This document shows positions 24,400 to 36,650 of a DNA stretch of 64,000 nucleotides, in pieces. Within the stretch, counting starts at the first letter, position 1; every line of letters starts with the position of its first letter. The stretch spans positions 62,001-126,000 of the forward strand of contig NIVC01000035.1 of assembly GCA_002269645.1 (NCBI GenBank). Direction: 5' to 3'. The stretch is from Macrostomum lignano. Lineage: Eukaryota. A program made the translations under genes and the position numbers. The notes beneath the pieces were generated by a model. It had not been told where the DNA came from and did no database searches. It saw only the letters and a program-made list of their open reading frames with translations.

Positions 24400-24865
24400 A
24401 TGTATACTTTTCTTGGCGGTACTGCATCAGATGGAGCAGGGTGCTGACAAGCCTGCATCTGATTGCGCTGCATCTCCGCAGTCAGGAGTTTCGCCACCCA
24501 TCCGGCCTAAACCTTCGACATTCCCAGCTGGGCCGTCAGGATGGACTGCACGCTTCCATATCTGATGACACAGGCATCTGCTATCTCAGCAGCAGTCACT
24601 CGCCATTCCTCATCAATGAGGCTCTGAACGCTATGACACTATCACACACACTAGCTGGTGGAGTTCCTGAGTCTCCCACTGCGAGGTTTTTCTTCGAAGT
24701 CACCTCTGCCTTCTTTGAAACTGAAAGTTCAGCGGATGATGGTGCGATATAACTGGGCAGACTCCCATGTTGCTCACGCAAACAGGCTTCAATTTCCTCT
24801 GCTACTGTGCCACGCCTCCACTCATAATCGAACACGGCACGTATGGCTTTGCTTGAAACTGACAT
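24400..24865 (-). pseudogene. mariner transposase N-terminal fragment, degraded
   Basis: IRAVFDYEWRRG..AEEI (HTH) and, in another frame, EIADAC.I.YGSVQSILTAQLGMSKV*AGWVAKLLT (WVPxxL region). Confidence 0.75.
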
Positions 24866-25067
24866 ACATGTTGTCGCTCAAGGGTGGTGAAGTAAAGATG
24901 CTGCAGATTCTCAAGCTAAGCAAGTGTGGTTTCAAGATTTTATGTTAAAGCAGGGGACACAATTTGTCTATGATAACAACCAAAATCAAGTTAGAGAAGC
25001 CCTATGTGCAGAAAAAATTAAGCAGAGACTTTTATCGCCTCTTAAAAATGAAGACGTATCATGCACT

Positions 25068-25177
<110 letters not shown>

Positions 25178-25963
25178 GCTGCTGGACGGCGTGAGGGTGG
25201 TGGAGGAGCCTCAAATTTCAAACAAATTTCAATCTATTTAGACAAGCCATTGGAGTACATACTCGTTGTCGGAATTTGTCGGAATTGATTGGAAATATCG
25301 CAGTATGAGCCATAGATAGGAGGACAGAAAAAGCCAATTCATAGCCAACTGTCGGAATTGATTGCAAATTGTTTGAATTGATTGCAAAGTGTCGGTTTCT
25401 CGTAGTAGCTTGTTTGCTTTGTTTGAAAATTGTCGCTTTTGAAAGCACATTTCTCGGAATTGAATGCACGTCCGGCCAAGAACTACCATAAACTGTCTGA
25501 ATTGAATGAAAAGATTTTGACTTTGATTGCACGTTTGCCAAAATAGAATGGAAAAAGGTGTAGTGGTTTTCCCACTGGGTTAATTACGTTTTAGCACGAG
25601 CTGCCATGTAGGTTGTAGCTCAGCTTTTAGCACAAAGCACTAGTTACAAATATCGGGGTCATAAACTATACCTTCGCAGCGCAGTCGCAGGGAGCCAGGT
25701 TACTCTGTTTTTGAAAACGGAGTGGTAAATGTATTTATGACCAAAAATCCTTTACGAAAAAAGGAAAAATAGAAAAATCGAGCAAGTGCCATTACTATTG
25801 TAATAAACAAAAAAATTAGGAGTAAATACAGCATTTTCTCTTCTCGAAGTCTCCACTCCTATCAATGCAGCTCTGCCATCTCGCCAGCCTTTATCAAAGG
25901 CCCCAGCGAGCAGCTATGGGGTTCGTGATCCCCTCCAACGCACTCTTGACCTCAGGGAAGGTG

Positions 25964-26200
25964 TCAAACCTGCATCTGCCAATGTTGGCTTTGAGATATT
26001 TTTGAGATTGGGAGCAGCCAGAAATCTGCAGGTGCCAAATCAGGTGAGTAATGTAAGGGAGGTGCGGCACAACCTGGAGGCTTTGCTGGCAAAAAATCCC
26101 TAGTGAAGTTGGTCACATGGTCGTGCATGGTGCAGAAACCAGCCATTGTGGACCAGCTGTGGCCTTTTGCGCCTGATGTGTGATGTGGTGTCTCAGGGTG
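25964..26200 (-). pseudogene. mariner transposase C-terminal fragment, degraded
   Basis: RRKRPQL..NGWFLHH.R and HYSPDLAPADFWL (YSPDL motif). Confidence 0.75.
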
Positions 26201-26409
26201 TCCAGCACAGTGCAGCACACCTTTTTCCACTCAATTTCAACAAGTCTGAATACAATTTAGACAACTCGAAATTCCTTTTCGACAATCTATTTTTATACTC
26301 TCCGTTGGACTTTCAAATTAGACAAAGCAAAATTCAATTTAGACATCAGATATTCGTTTTAGACAGCGGATATTCAATTTAAACAGTTCCTCATTGAGAG
26401 CGATTTTTC

Positions 26410-28154
26410 TATGGTCAAAATTCAAGTCCTGGGGCAAAGCTCACATTCAATTTCGACAACCGTAAATCAATTTTCCAGCCCTCGTGGCTGTAGATGATTG
26501 CTGTCGCACATCGGCCTGAGCACTGGTCTCCGGTAGCAACGCATCAGCCGGTACCTCTGAGCCGGGCGTCGGCACACGCACCTAGTCGTGCGGGCTCTCT
26601 ATCCTTGCGCTCTTTTCCTCGCCGATGGAACTGATCCTTACAGACAGCCCAGCCATCTCTCCGTCACGCTTTCTGCTGTTCCGAATGTACCTTTGTGCAG
26701 CTGTTTCAGTTTTGTGTCCCGCTACAGCGCTGATATCCCTCAGGGACACTCCAGCTGCACTCAACTCGGTTGCCAGGGTGACTTTTAGACAGTGGCCAGT
26801 ATAAATCTTGCTCAAATTAGCCGCTTTGGAGATGCCACTCATCATGTTCCCAAGAGTTTTGACGCCTACAACCTGCTTAGCAAAATACCACGCCTCTGCA
26901 AAGCCGCGTACTCGGGGACGTACGAGCGTATGATCACAACGGAGCTCGACACTCCCTCTTTTCTCTTGGCCTCTTGGATCTTGCTCAGGTAAAGCTCAAC
27001 ACACTCCTAGGGTCATCCTATTTCAAAGGTTTCGACAATCACACTCTGCTTCCTATCTTCTGAGGTCCGCGCTTATAAACTTCCTCGAACAGTCTTGGTT
27101 TCCATTGATGCCAGCCTGAATGCGCGTCGCCCATTGATGTTGCATCTCTCAATAGAATCCGTAGTTAGCTTACGGAACCATTCGCATCCACGCAAGCCAA
27201 ACTGCAAGGCTAATACATAGTAGACCTCCTGCTGCAAAATGGTCGGGCTACTTCGATCGAAGTAGCGGCGCAGCTTTTCTAGATCCTCTGTCTCCAAGGC
27301 GCAGAACTGTCTGACGGTGCCGCCTAATGAACATGGCTGCTGTAGCCTTCAATTGCATGTTGGCCTTTGCAAAGCGCGGATCCTCGATAATATTTACGTC
27401 ACGGACACGCAGCAAATAGCGGAAAACACCAGTTCGAGCGGTAATCAACGAAGCAGGGGCATAGAAGCCACCGTCAATTTTACGAACAAAAGCATAGAAG
27501 ATTCGCAAGCCAGTGACTAACTGTTCGATATCGGCTGTATTCAGATCGCAGGCGTAGTTCTTGCTTGAAAGCACCTCGTTGAACTTACGAAGTGCCCACT
27601 TTTCTTGCAACAGAGCTGACTTTGGCGTAGTGTCGAGTTGCATTACATCCATCTCCCTGAGCAAGTCTCGCTCCGGATCTTGACCAGCTAACAGCGCCTC
27701 GATTTCATTCACATCCAACTGAGCCAGATCGTCCAGCATGCCTTGCATAGTCGCCTCCCGCCGGATTCGCTCGCCAATCTCAGAAGACGACAAACCAACG
27801 ACATCTCCTTGCGACATATGCAGCAATCCAATAGGCTCGCCCGTTGATGCTTCGTAAATCATGATGACAGCTTTTTGGCCGCAAACTCGCTGACCTCGCT
27901 TTGCTTGGCTTGGCCCGTCTCTTCACTGCTCTAAACTGCCCAGATCTTTGGGCCATAGACATATTTGGAGCGTGCAACATTGAAGTATTGTTGCACGCTC
28001 AGACTACTTTATTGTTGCACGCTCCAAATGTCTATGGGTAATAGGCGCCCAAAATAATACAATGCCAGTGGAGAATGGCTATATCGTGCACCAAATGTAT
28101 TTGAGCCAGCGTGCGGGAATGAAGGCAGTCGTGCAGGAATGAAATAATCTATGG
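26410..28154 (-). mobile_element. Crypton unit D (TATGG to TATGG)
   Basis: attttTCTATGGtcaaaat at 26403-26421 and CGTGCAGGAATG-N6-TCTATGG at 28130-28154. Confidence 0.65.
26582..27862 (-). pseudogene. Crypton tyrosine recombinase copy D, intronless, several frameshifts
   Basis: LRIFYAFVRKIDGGFYAPASL; YFDRSSPTILQQEVYY..LQFGLRGCEW; ISKAANLSKIYTGHCLKVT (HxxK instead of HxxR); VAGHKTETAAQRYIRNSRKRDGEM. Confidence 0.88.
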
Positions 28155-30304
28155 CCAAATCTCCACTGTTTTACACATGGACATCGTGCAGGAATGACAC
28201 TCTCCGTTCCTTTACGCAAACAATTGATTTATATGTATTTGATTATTTAGTTGTATTTATTCAATAACCTTAGCAAAACTTAACATGAAAAAGACTAATT
28301 AGGATTGCAAATATATAAACTTCAACAAATAAGACGTACAGTAAGCAAAAATGTGGGGGGGCTCAACAGCAAAAATGTTGTGTTCGGCAACAAAGTAAGG
28401 AGTCACACAACCTTACTCAAAAAAGAATTCCACTACGTTGCTGGAACCGTTGGCTACTATCCTCTTCTTCTTAGCCGGACCGGCAATTCGCAAATCGCAG
28501 GCGCCACTCGAAAATTGTTTGGCCGGTGCCTCAGTTGCGGTTGGATGTTTGTCGCTACAGCCTCCCAGTGCTGGTGGCGCACGATCGGCGAGAGACTCGG
28601 TCAGCTGGCTGCTCAACTTGGCAAGAATGCTGTCTCTCTTTTTTCCCTGTCTGATGTACCGCTCCACTGAGGCGCTCGCCTGTTTCAAATATTTAAGAAG
28701 GATGCAAGAGAGAGTACATAGAAAAAATCTCAAATATTTAAAGCATTTAATTATGCGGCTTAAGATAGACAAGAAGATACAGAAATAGCACGTAGAAATT
28801 ACCTTGTGTCCAGTCACCTTGGCGATAGTCTATGTCGAAAATCCAGCTTCGTGGAGCTCAGTGACTACAGTGGGTCGAACACAGTGCGCCGTATAGCTTC
28901 TCGACAGCCCGGCACTGGAAGATATCCGCTTAAGCATTGGTCCAAGCGTGTTGATTCCGATTGCCTGTTTCGTATACCACAGGCCATTCGAGCCAACCAG
29001 CTGCTTCGGTCGCAGAAAAAAGTCCGAACCGTTCCATCCAGGCACTGCTTCGATCTTCCGCAAATACATGCGAAAGGCTTCAACGGGACACGATTTCTGA
29101 TCGGACCCGGCCACCATGATCGCTTGCTTTGGGTCGTTGCTCTGCCTCAAATCCGTTGATCCATGGACAGTTTTACTGGTTCCAACTTGAAGCACAATGG
29201 CCACTCGTCCCTCAGCCAGACGCTTCTCAGAAAACGACTTTGCAGTCAGTCCTCTGAGCCAATCGCGGCCCCGGTTACCGAAATAATATAGAATACTGAA
29301 ATACACTTCATCCTGAAGTTTGGTTGGACTGCTCCGATCGAAGTAGGTGTGCAGTTTAGACAGGTCGTCCGTTTCAATGGCCGAGAAATGATTGATTCTT
29401 CCTCCAAGACGCGGGAATTTGTTACAGGCATGTTTCAATGTCAGATTGACCGAATGGAATTGCGGCAGAGAGATAATGTCCAAAGAGCGAAGCCTCATAA
29501 AGTGCCGATAAAGTCCGGCACGCATTCCCAACATTGTGTTGGGTGAATAGGATGAGCCGTCAGGCTTCTTTAGAGCGGCGTAAAAATAACGAAGAAATTT
29601 CGCAAGCTGCTCAGGAGTCACGGTCTCAAAGTCAAGGTGAATGTTGTTCTCCCGCAAAAAATCTTGAAACCGAAGACACGAAGCTTTCTCCTTGGCAACG
29701 CTTGACTCGCACTGATTTTCTCGTTCCAGCTTAGCGGCCAAGCTTTCAAGTTCATCGATGTTGCACAAAGAATTCGGATCCACAGACATCTGCTCGTCCA
29801 AAAGTTTGCTTGTAACTCCTTCTTGCGAACAAGTGAGCTTGGCGATCTCGCGTTCGAATTTGCTGCTTACCGACTCGATAAACGTCTCCTCGGCGGACAA
29901 TCCACAAACAGTCGCATACTGCATATCGATTAGTGGAGCCGCCAAGTTTGAATTAATTACACTCGCCATTTTTAAAAGCACGAACTTAAAAAGCAATTCT
30001 AAAGCTAAACTTTTTTCTTCCCAGTCTAATTTCTTGCGTGCAGGAATGACATTTTTTATTTATGAGCTGGTTACTTCGACATAGCCGCTGTCGAATAGAT
30101 GGAATACTCTCCAAAAATAATCAGTGAAGGGGGAGAATGGCTCTAATAAGAATGAAATTCATGAACGCTTACTCGTGCGTCTGTGGCCAAAACACTCGTG
30201 CGCGAAGAATTATACATTGATGCACTCATAGCCATTGTCGGCTGATTTTTCATGCAGGAATGGCATTCTTGCACTGTTTTGCGTGCAGGAATGGATGTCT
30301 ATGG
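28150..30304 (-). mobile_element. Crypton unit E, sharing the TATGG at 28150 with unit D
   Basis: Right boundary CGTGCAGGAATG-N4-TCTATGG at 30282-30304. Confidence 0.7.
28413..29969 (-). pseudogene. Crypton tyrosine recombinase copy E, two exons (29969-28803, 28679-28413), single premature TAG
   Basis: MASVINSNLAAPLID...YFGNRGRDW...CPVEAF...YTAHCVRPTVVTELHEAGFST*TIAKVTGHK, a 123-nt GT-AG intron (28802-28680), then ASASVERYIRQGKKRD...PAKKKR...FFE*. The only lesion seen is the TAG at 28830-28832. Confidence 0.88.
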
Positions 30305-30406
30305 TAAAATCTCACTGAAAAAGCATTAGGCGCAGAAATGCATTCCTGCACTGTTTTGTGCATTCCTGCACGATGAATAATCCGACAATGGGATTCCTTC
30401 ACGTTC

Positions 30407-30728
30407 ACTCGTGCGTGAAGGACATCGTGAACTCGTGCGTGAAGGACATCGTGAACTCGTGCGTGAAGGACATCGTGAACTCGTGCGTGAAGGACATCGT
30501 GAACTCGTGCGTGAAGGACATCGTGAACTCGTGCGTGAAGGACATCGTGAACTCGTGCGTGAAGGACATCGTGAACTCGTGCGTGAAGGACATCGTGAAC
30601 TCGTGCGTGAAGGACATCGTGAACTCGTGCGTGAAGGACATCGTGAACTCGTGCGTGAAGGACATCGTGAACTCGTGCGTGAAGGACATCGTGAACTCGT
30701 GCGTGAAGGACATCGTGAACTCGTGCGC
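30407..30728. repeat. 24-bp perfect minisatellite (actcgtgcgtgaaggacatcgtga), about 13 units
   Basis: Homogeneous tandem units containing ACTCGTGCG, a motif also present at 20497, 22248, 22271, 30171 and 30194. Confidence 0.95.
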
Positions 30729-31574
30729 TAGCGCGCACTCGTGCAGATGTCATTCCCGCACTCGTGACCGTGCAGGAATCATTCATTCTCTACTACATCA
30801 TTGCTAGTGGGACAAATTAACAAATAATGAACTAACACTTCATTATTTAGGCTTTAGGAATCGTGCTACGATTATACCGGTACGAAACGCTCTAAATAGA
30901 TCGTACACAACACGCACTAAATTAAAACGGCCCAATTGGGGGCCAATACACGCAAAAATACACAGAGAAAGTAGGAAATGATACGATTATTGTCATTTTA
31001 GTGCGTGTACACTAGGCCTTGGGCCTCCTTTGCAAACGATGACTTGTACAGCATGCAAGTAGTATACTGTATAGTAAATAATAATAATTTATTAACGATC
31101 TCTGTTCTTTTCTTGATTATCCAGATTCCAAACCATCGTAGCCGAGCGCATCTGGTCGAAGATGTGATGCAACAAAGCCTCGTGTTGGTAGAGATCTTTC
31201 AGATAAGTCAAACAATCCATGGGGAGACTTTACACCCTTAAAAGGGCATAGTCTTATGGCAAGGTGGGTGGCAAATCAGTAGCCAACATTAGGGAACAAC
31301 GAAGTCACATCAAAGCTTGAAAGGACTGTGACCGCTTAAAGCCATTCAGGGCTTTAGGTTGAGTTGGACCTCAGAGTTAAACGGGACCGAGAATTCAAAC
31401 CGAACCATCTGGGATACATGGTTTTATGCTACAGATAAATGACTTGCAACTTGATCAGCGGCCGTGAAGAAAGCTAATGAAAATTATTTGTTAAATTATT
31501 CTGATGGAACACTGCATTACTGCCCATTAAGCAGACCCCTAAGCAGGCCCACATAGAAGTGTACAGCGGCCCTT

Positions 31575-31757
31575 ACTTTATTTATCGTTCGGCATGTACA
31601 CTTAGACTGTGCCTTGGGGTTGGCCTTCAAGAGCGATAATTGCAGCCAAGCCGAGATTCCAATTGAGCCCCAAAACTAATGTGGCGGCTGCACTTGGAAT
31701 CGAGCCTGGAGCGCCGGTAAATAAGAGCGCCGCGCTTAGACCACTGGGCTACGGCAC
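31575..31757 (-). mobile_element. tRNA-derived SINE
   Basis: Minus strand ggtgccgTAGCCCAGTGGtctaagcgcggcgctc...GGCTCGATTCCaagtgcagccgcca (A and B boxes), then a unique body ending aaataaagtaa. Stems are too degenerate for a true tRNA. Confidence 0.6.
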
Positions 31758-32991
31758 CCATTCCCCAACCTTAACAACAGGTTATTATAAATGTGGCCAG
31801 GACCACACACACTTACACAAATAGCGAGCTGGCTCGCTTCCCATGCATTTGAATATTTGCCCTGAGTTCACAAACATGTACCGTATGTTATTATTTTTAC
31901 TATTTTTAACCGTTGACTACTTAAGTAGCATTATTACCTGAATTGCATGTAGCTGCATTTTTCGCCAATTAGATAAATATTAATCCTTAAGGAGCGGTCT
32001 ACTTCGACTAATGGCTTTTTCTAAGAAACTAATTACTTCCGTGAAGGGGATTATGCAGAGATGCGCGAGTGATCAATTAATTACCTGCAGGTCACAGTCG
32101 GCTTAGAAGATTATCTACGCGACAAGGAAATAATAGAAATTAGATAATTTGCTAATCCCCGCTCGCGTCAATGCGTGCTCAAGCATATTTCGAGCTGCAA
32201 CAGCGTGCCACGGAAGATATTGCAGGGCAAAATTTTTTTTGTAATTTTCAAGACAAGGACTGAGGCCTGCTTGACCATGGCCTCGTGTCAAAACAACACG
32301 TGCAAATGCTTCAAAAACAAGGCTGATAAAAAAACTGTAAACTATAATCAATTATACTGTACACCCGATCCAAGTTTCGCTTCGCGGTACATTAGGAGAA
32401 TATGAACTTTTTAATGTTTTATTTTAGCACTCAAATTTTCGATTTTAATCTTCTAAACTTCCATGGCTTTATTGCACGTAACTTTGGGTTGTTCGGTTAG
32501 ATATTGAGCTCGCAAGTTTGTTAAGAAAACGTTTAAAAAACATTTTACATAGAATACAGTCGTACTTTTTAATCGGCAAATATCTGATTTTTGCATAGCA
32601 CTGAATGGGGTTTTGCCAGAGACAAATTCAGCGCACCCGGAACAAAGCATCATTCTTGCTTCATAGGAAATTGGAAGTCCTTGAAATGGACTGGAACGTC
32701 TATGGCTAGACCACAGTATCGTTTGCATTGAGCGGATTCCCTCGGATCAGAATGCAATCGAGCCAATATACGAGAGTAAACTTTATTGATGTATGCTCTA
32801 TGTTATTTTCCTCGTTTCAGGGGATAAATTTAAATTGGGTTTCAGATGCACGATATTTTAACAGTGCCAAATCTAATAAAAATACCCCGTGATACCTTCT
32901 TAACTTAATTTTCCTAGTACAACTAGTTTTTGGCGAAGTAAAATTTATTTTAGTACGATACTACTATATTACTATCGTTAAATTGTGTGTA

Positions 32992-34342
32992 CTTCGGCTG
33001 TCCGGAAAGTCGCGAGAATGTATTTAAAAAACCAGTCAGAACTATCAAAAAACACGATAACAGCACTAGTTGGTAATGTAATCTCCCCTTGCATTGATTA
33101 CAGCTTGGCAATGGTCAACGAGTCGCTGAACCTCTCTTTTTAAACAATCTTCGTCAAGGCCTCTTGCCCACTGCAACGCAGCTTCTCGAACTTCATTGTG
33201 GTCGCTGAATACTCGCCTGGAGAAATCATTCTTCATCCAACTGAACAAAAAACGGTCGCACAGATTGAAGTCTGGGCTGTAGGGACTCTGAAACACCAGC
33301 TGAACTCCACGGGACTCCATGTACTGCTGCACAGAACGGGCTACGTGAGGTCGCGCATTGTCCCACTGCCAAAGAACATCCGACAGGTGAATTGGCTTTG
33401 ACCTCAGAGTACGCCATAGGTCTCCCGTGTGCCGAATGAATTCAACTATGCCATCTGCATCAACAGTTTGCTTCGGGGCTGTGGATTTAATGGAGAAGCG
33501 CTTGCTTGGAGTGAAAGCAACCAGAAGCATTGTCTTTGCATTCCCGACCGAGTGCCTGACAACCTGGGGCCGATATCTCCTTGGCCAAGCCAGCACCTGT
33601 TGTTTTGCTTTGTGCCAGTGTTGTTCAGGTACACCCACGTCTCATCTTCCACCACGTACTTGTCGCAAAAGTTTTCCACCCCCTCGTTGTAAAAAAGCCT
33701 GCGGATTTGCTTGGCACAATTGATGCGAGCAGTCTTGTTCTCCTCGGATAGAGCATGAGGAACCCAGACGGCAGAAACGTTTCGAAGGTGCAAATCCTCG
33801 GTCAAAATTTCGTGCACTGTTGTTTTACCAACTTCCAAAAAGTCAGCGAGGTCTCGGACACCAACTTTTGAATCCTCTTCAACGAGAGCTCGGCAGGTTT
33901 CGATCAGTTCCGTTGTCCTTGTTGACCGTGGCCGGCCAGTCCGAGGAGCTGAGGCCAGGGGAAATGCTTTATCACGGAACTTTGAGTACCATCTATAAAC
34001 CGTTGACTGACCTGGTGCGGCATCTCCATAAACTTTAAGTAGTTCGTCATAACAACTAATAGCAGAGATTCCAAGACGGTATCTAGCGTAGGCATAAGCC
34101 TGGAAATCTTCCATTTTGACGAACTCGCTATTAAAATTTTCAAGCTTGATCACCGCGTTGCATTGGTTATTGAGCACTTTATGCTGAGCTCGCCCCTGCC
34201 CCCAATTTTGCTGCTAGAACAACAAAAACTTTCACTATAGACATATATAAGTCTATTATTGAAATTTTATGTGTGCCATGTCATCAGCTTGCTGCTTTCT
34301 TGCTTGACTGACACATTCTCACGACTTTCCGGACAGGCGAAG
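32992..34342 (-). mobile_element. Full-length mariner (DD34D) element, 1351 bp, TA target duplication
   Basis: TIRs ta|cttcggctgtccggaaagtcgcgagaatg and cattctcacgactttccggacaggcgaag|ta (2 mismatches). Confidence 0.95.
33066..34177 (-). pseudogene. mariner transposase with one frameshift near 33575
   Basis: WVPHAL, VVEDETW, WQWDNARPH, YSPDFNLCD with 34 residues between the 2nd and 3rd Asp; two overlapping ORFs joined by a 1-nt shift. Confidence 0.93.
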
Positions 34343-34524
34343 TATTATTACGGTAAATTCAAAGAAAGTGAAATATCAATAAAGTCTATCAATAAATAAT
34401 TTCGTCAGATTGTATTTATATTTGATTGACATCTTTGCATTGCCTGGAACTTTTTCCCTGGTTTCTCAAAACGCTCTTTAGGTACACAGCGACTGAGGTT
34501 TGCCAAATTTTCTTCTTCTTTTGG

Positions 34525-34773
34525 TCAACCAAATCGAGGATCGGGCAGCCATCGAGGCCGTTGCCCCAGCCTCCCGCTCCATCGCATCCGACCCTCCGGA
34601 TTGGGGTCGGGCAGCGGCCACCTGTACGACAGTTGAGAGGAGCGCAGAAAGTTGCCGTAAAATCGTTTACGAAGTTGCTGCAGCTGGTCATCCGGCGGGT
34701 CATCGGCTGGAGCCGCCGCAGCCGTGGCAGTCAGGACGACCAGAACGACGCTCGCTAAAGTGAGCGGTGACAT
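34525..34773 (-). CDS. Probable neuropeptide precursor ending in RFG (predicted WLPDPRF-amide), 82 aa
   Basis: Signal peptide MSPLTLASVVLVVLTATAAAA, acidic spacer, KR site, C-terminal RWLPDPRFG-stop. The ATG sits 1 nt after an acceptor (atttgcag|G ATG); matching donor aag|gtgagt at 34860/34859 gives an 85-nt 5'UTR intron. Confidence 0.7.
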   Translation of the reverse strand: MSPLTLASVVLVVLTATAAAAPADDPPDDQLQQLRKRFYGNFLRSSQLSYRWPLPDPNPEGRMRWSGRLGQRPRWLPDPRFG

Positions 34774-35559
34774 CCTGCAAATCGCGAGACAAGGATGTTA
34801 CGACACTTTTACACTGCAATACTCACTGGCACAGGGCTAAGCACTTTAAATTGACTCACCTTAGTAAGTCAGTGTTTTGACAGGTTAAGTAACTCAATTT
34901 TTCTTTTTCGTTCAGCTCGAAGTCAATTCTAGAAATTTCTAGCGGTGGCAAGTTTTTTCTGCACTAGCCGATATTTATAAATATTCCACCAGCCAATGGC
35001 CGCATCATTGAAGCTTGGCGCTTCCTCATTCGCTGGATTTAAAAAAAAACCGGCTATATTTTACATGCATTGCCGAGTTCATGCTTGTCATAACCTATTT
35101 TTCAAGTCGACTCACAATCTCGTCTCTTGTATTTGAAGAATCGCCAATGCAATTCTTTGATATTGCCGCCAAAAGTTATAATCAAAGATAAGCTACGAAT
35201 ATTATCGAATACGAATATCGATAAGCTATAGATTAAGTGAATTATTTAGTTCTAGAAAAAGTTGAAATTATTTTTTAGCTATCGAAAGTTTTTTCACGGA
35301 GAACTATTATGATAAAGTAGAAAAAGGCCACACTGGATGATTCGTGAAGATTTCGTTGGAGGCCGCGGTAATCACTGCAAAATGCATTGGCGAGTTTCAC
35401 TTTTTAGCGATAATTTCCCACTATCTCACCTTCTGGACTTCCGAATTCCAAATGAAGCAAGTTTGAGGTGCACTCACAAGCTAAACTAGCTATTATTTTG
35501 TAAACTGCTATCGCAGACCTGCAAGCAAGCCTGAACTTTCTAGAATTTTTTTCGATCGA

Positions 35560-36650
35560 CTTTGTCTGTGGCAAAACCGCATTTTATGGCGCTGTGCAAT
35601 AATCTGTGCAATTTCTGTAATTGGAAACCGCAACTGTCTTTTAAGCGTTGTGTCCTGGTGGTAATGGTGACCAAGTCTGCCGCATTTGCTGCATCGATTC
35701 TTTCGATGGGGAGAGTTTCTTGTCTATTTCTATTTCTGAAAGCATCCAGACTAATTGCTTAGAGTCTTGCTTTGACTTCTGTAAGACTGCTGACAAGGTT
35801 GCTTCGCAGACTTGACGTTCTGGATTGCGCCAGTTGACGAATTTGTCTAACAATTTTAGGGTGACTCACTTGCTAGGGTGCGTGCGTCCGGCAGGGTCAA
35901 GTTGTCTTCCTGGAGCAGTCATGGATGGATCAGACGATTTATGAAGCCAACAACAGATCGGTCTCTTGCTGCCTCATCTGAAAATCTGTCGAAGTGACAC
36001 GTGATAGCCAGCTTCCGTAGACTTGTGAGAAATTCACCGACGGATTCCAACTTCTGTAGTCCTGCTGTGTAAGTTAAAACAATTGTTGAAATGGTCCCTA
36101 ATTTCCTTGATCAGGTTACATAGGAATCATCATCCTTCAGCAGACAGCAGACTCTCTTCATCGCTTCATCTGCCCCTTAGTTCACGACGAGGTACTGCTC
36201 GAGTCTTTCTTAAACTTCCCAGCGTTCCGGCTCGGTGACGTTGAACTCTGCTACTTTGCTTGACGCTATTGTTATGTCTTCTGCTCTGACCTTCTGGAGC
36301 TTCCACATTCAAGTAAGGAAGACTGTGCTTTGTATCTTTAGCATTACAGGCTATGTCTTTATTGCTCCGCTTGCGCGTGTCCTCTTAACATCCATGTCGC
36401 AGATACTTTATTAGAAAATAATAAGTTGCACCATAGACAACCAAATTATCCGCTTCACGTCTTTTGAGTCTTTGCCAGAACAGCGCAGATCATTATCCAA
36501 TGAAGACTCTTTAGGCTTCCTTGAAGCCAGCAGAATGCTGATAAGTTTAAATGTGTCCTTTCTGCAGACATCGAGGAACACCGCACACTTGCTCAATGCG
36601 GTCAATGTTTTGCAGCGATTCCTCACTCTCTCTCAAAGCAGCCTTCTCAA
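35560..36650 (-). pseudogene. Degraded Ty3/Gypsy gag remnants
   Basis: KCAVFLDVCRKDTFKLISILLASRKPKE; W..*ERLEQYLVVN; ESVGEFLTSLRKLAITCHFDRFSDEAARDR..VG. Many stops and frameshifts; no LTR or pol seen. Confidence 0.6.

Noticed and set aside
30407-30728. Regular short repeats resembling a CRISPR array (also 22875-23360, 54185-55460)
   Set aside because: Units are head-to-tail with no unique spacers, there are no cas genes, and the context is eukaryotic.
31681-31757. tRNA gene
   Set aside because: A and B boxes are present but the acceptor and anticodon stems pair poorly and a SINE-like body follows; called a SINE instead.
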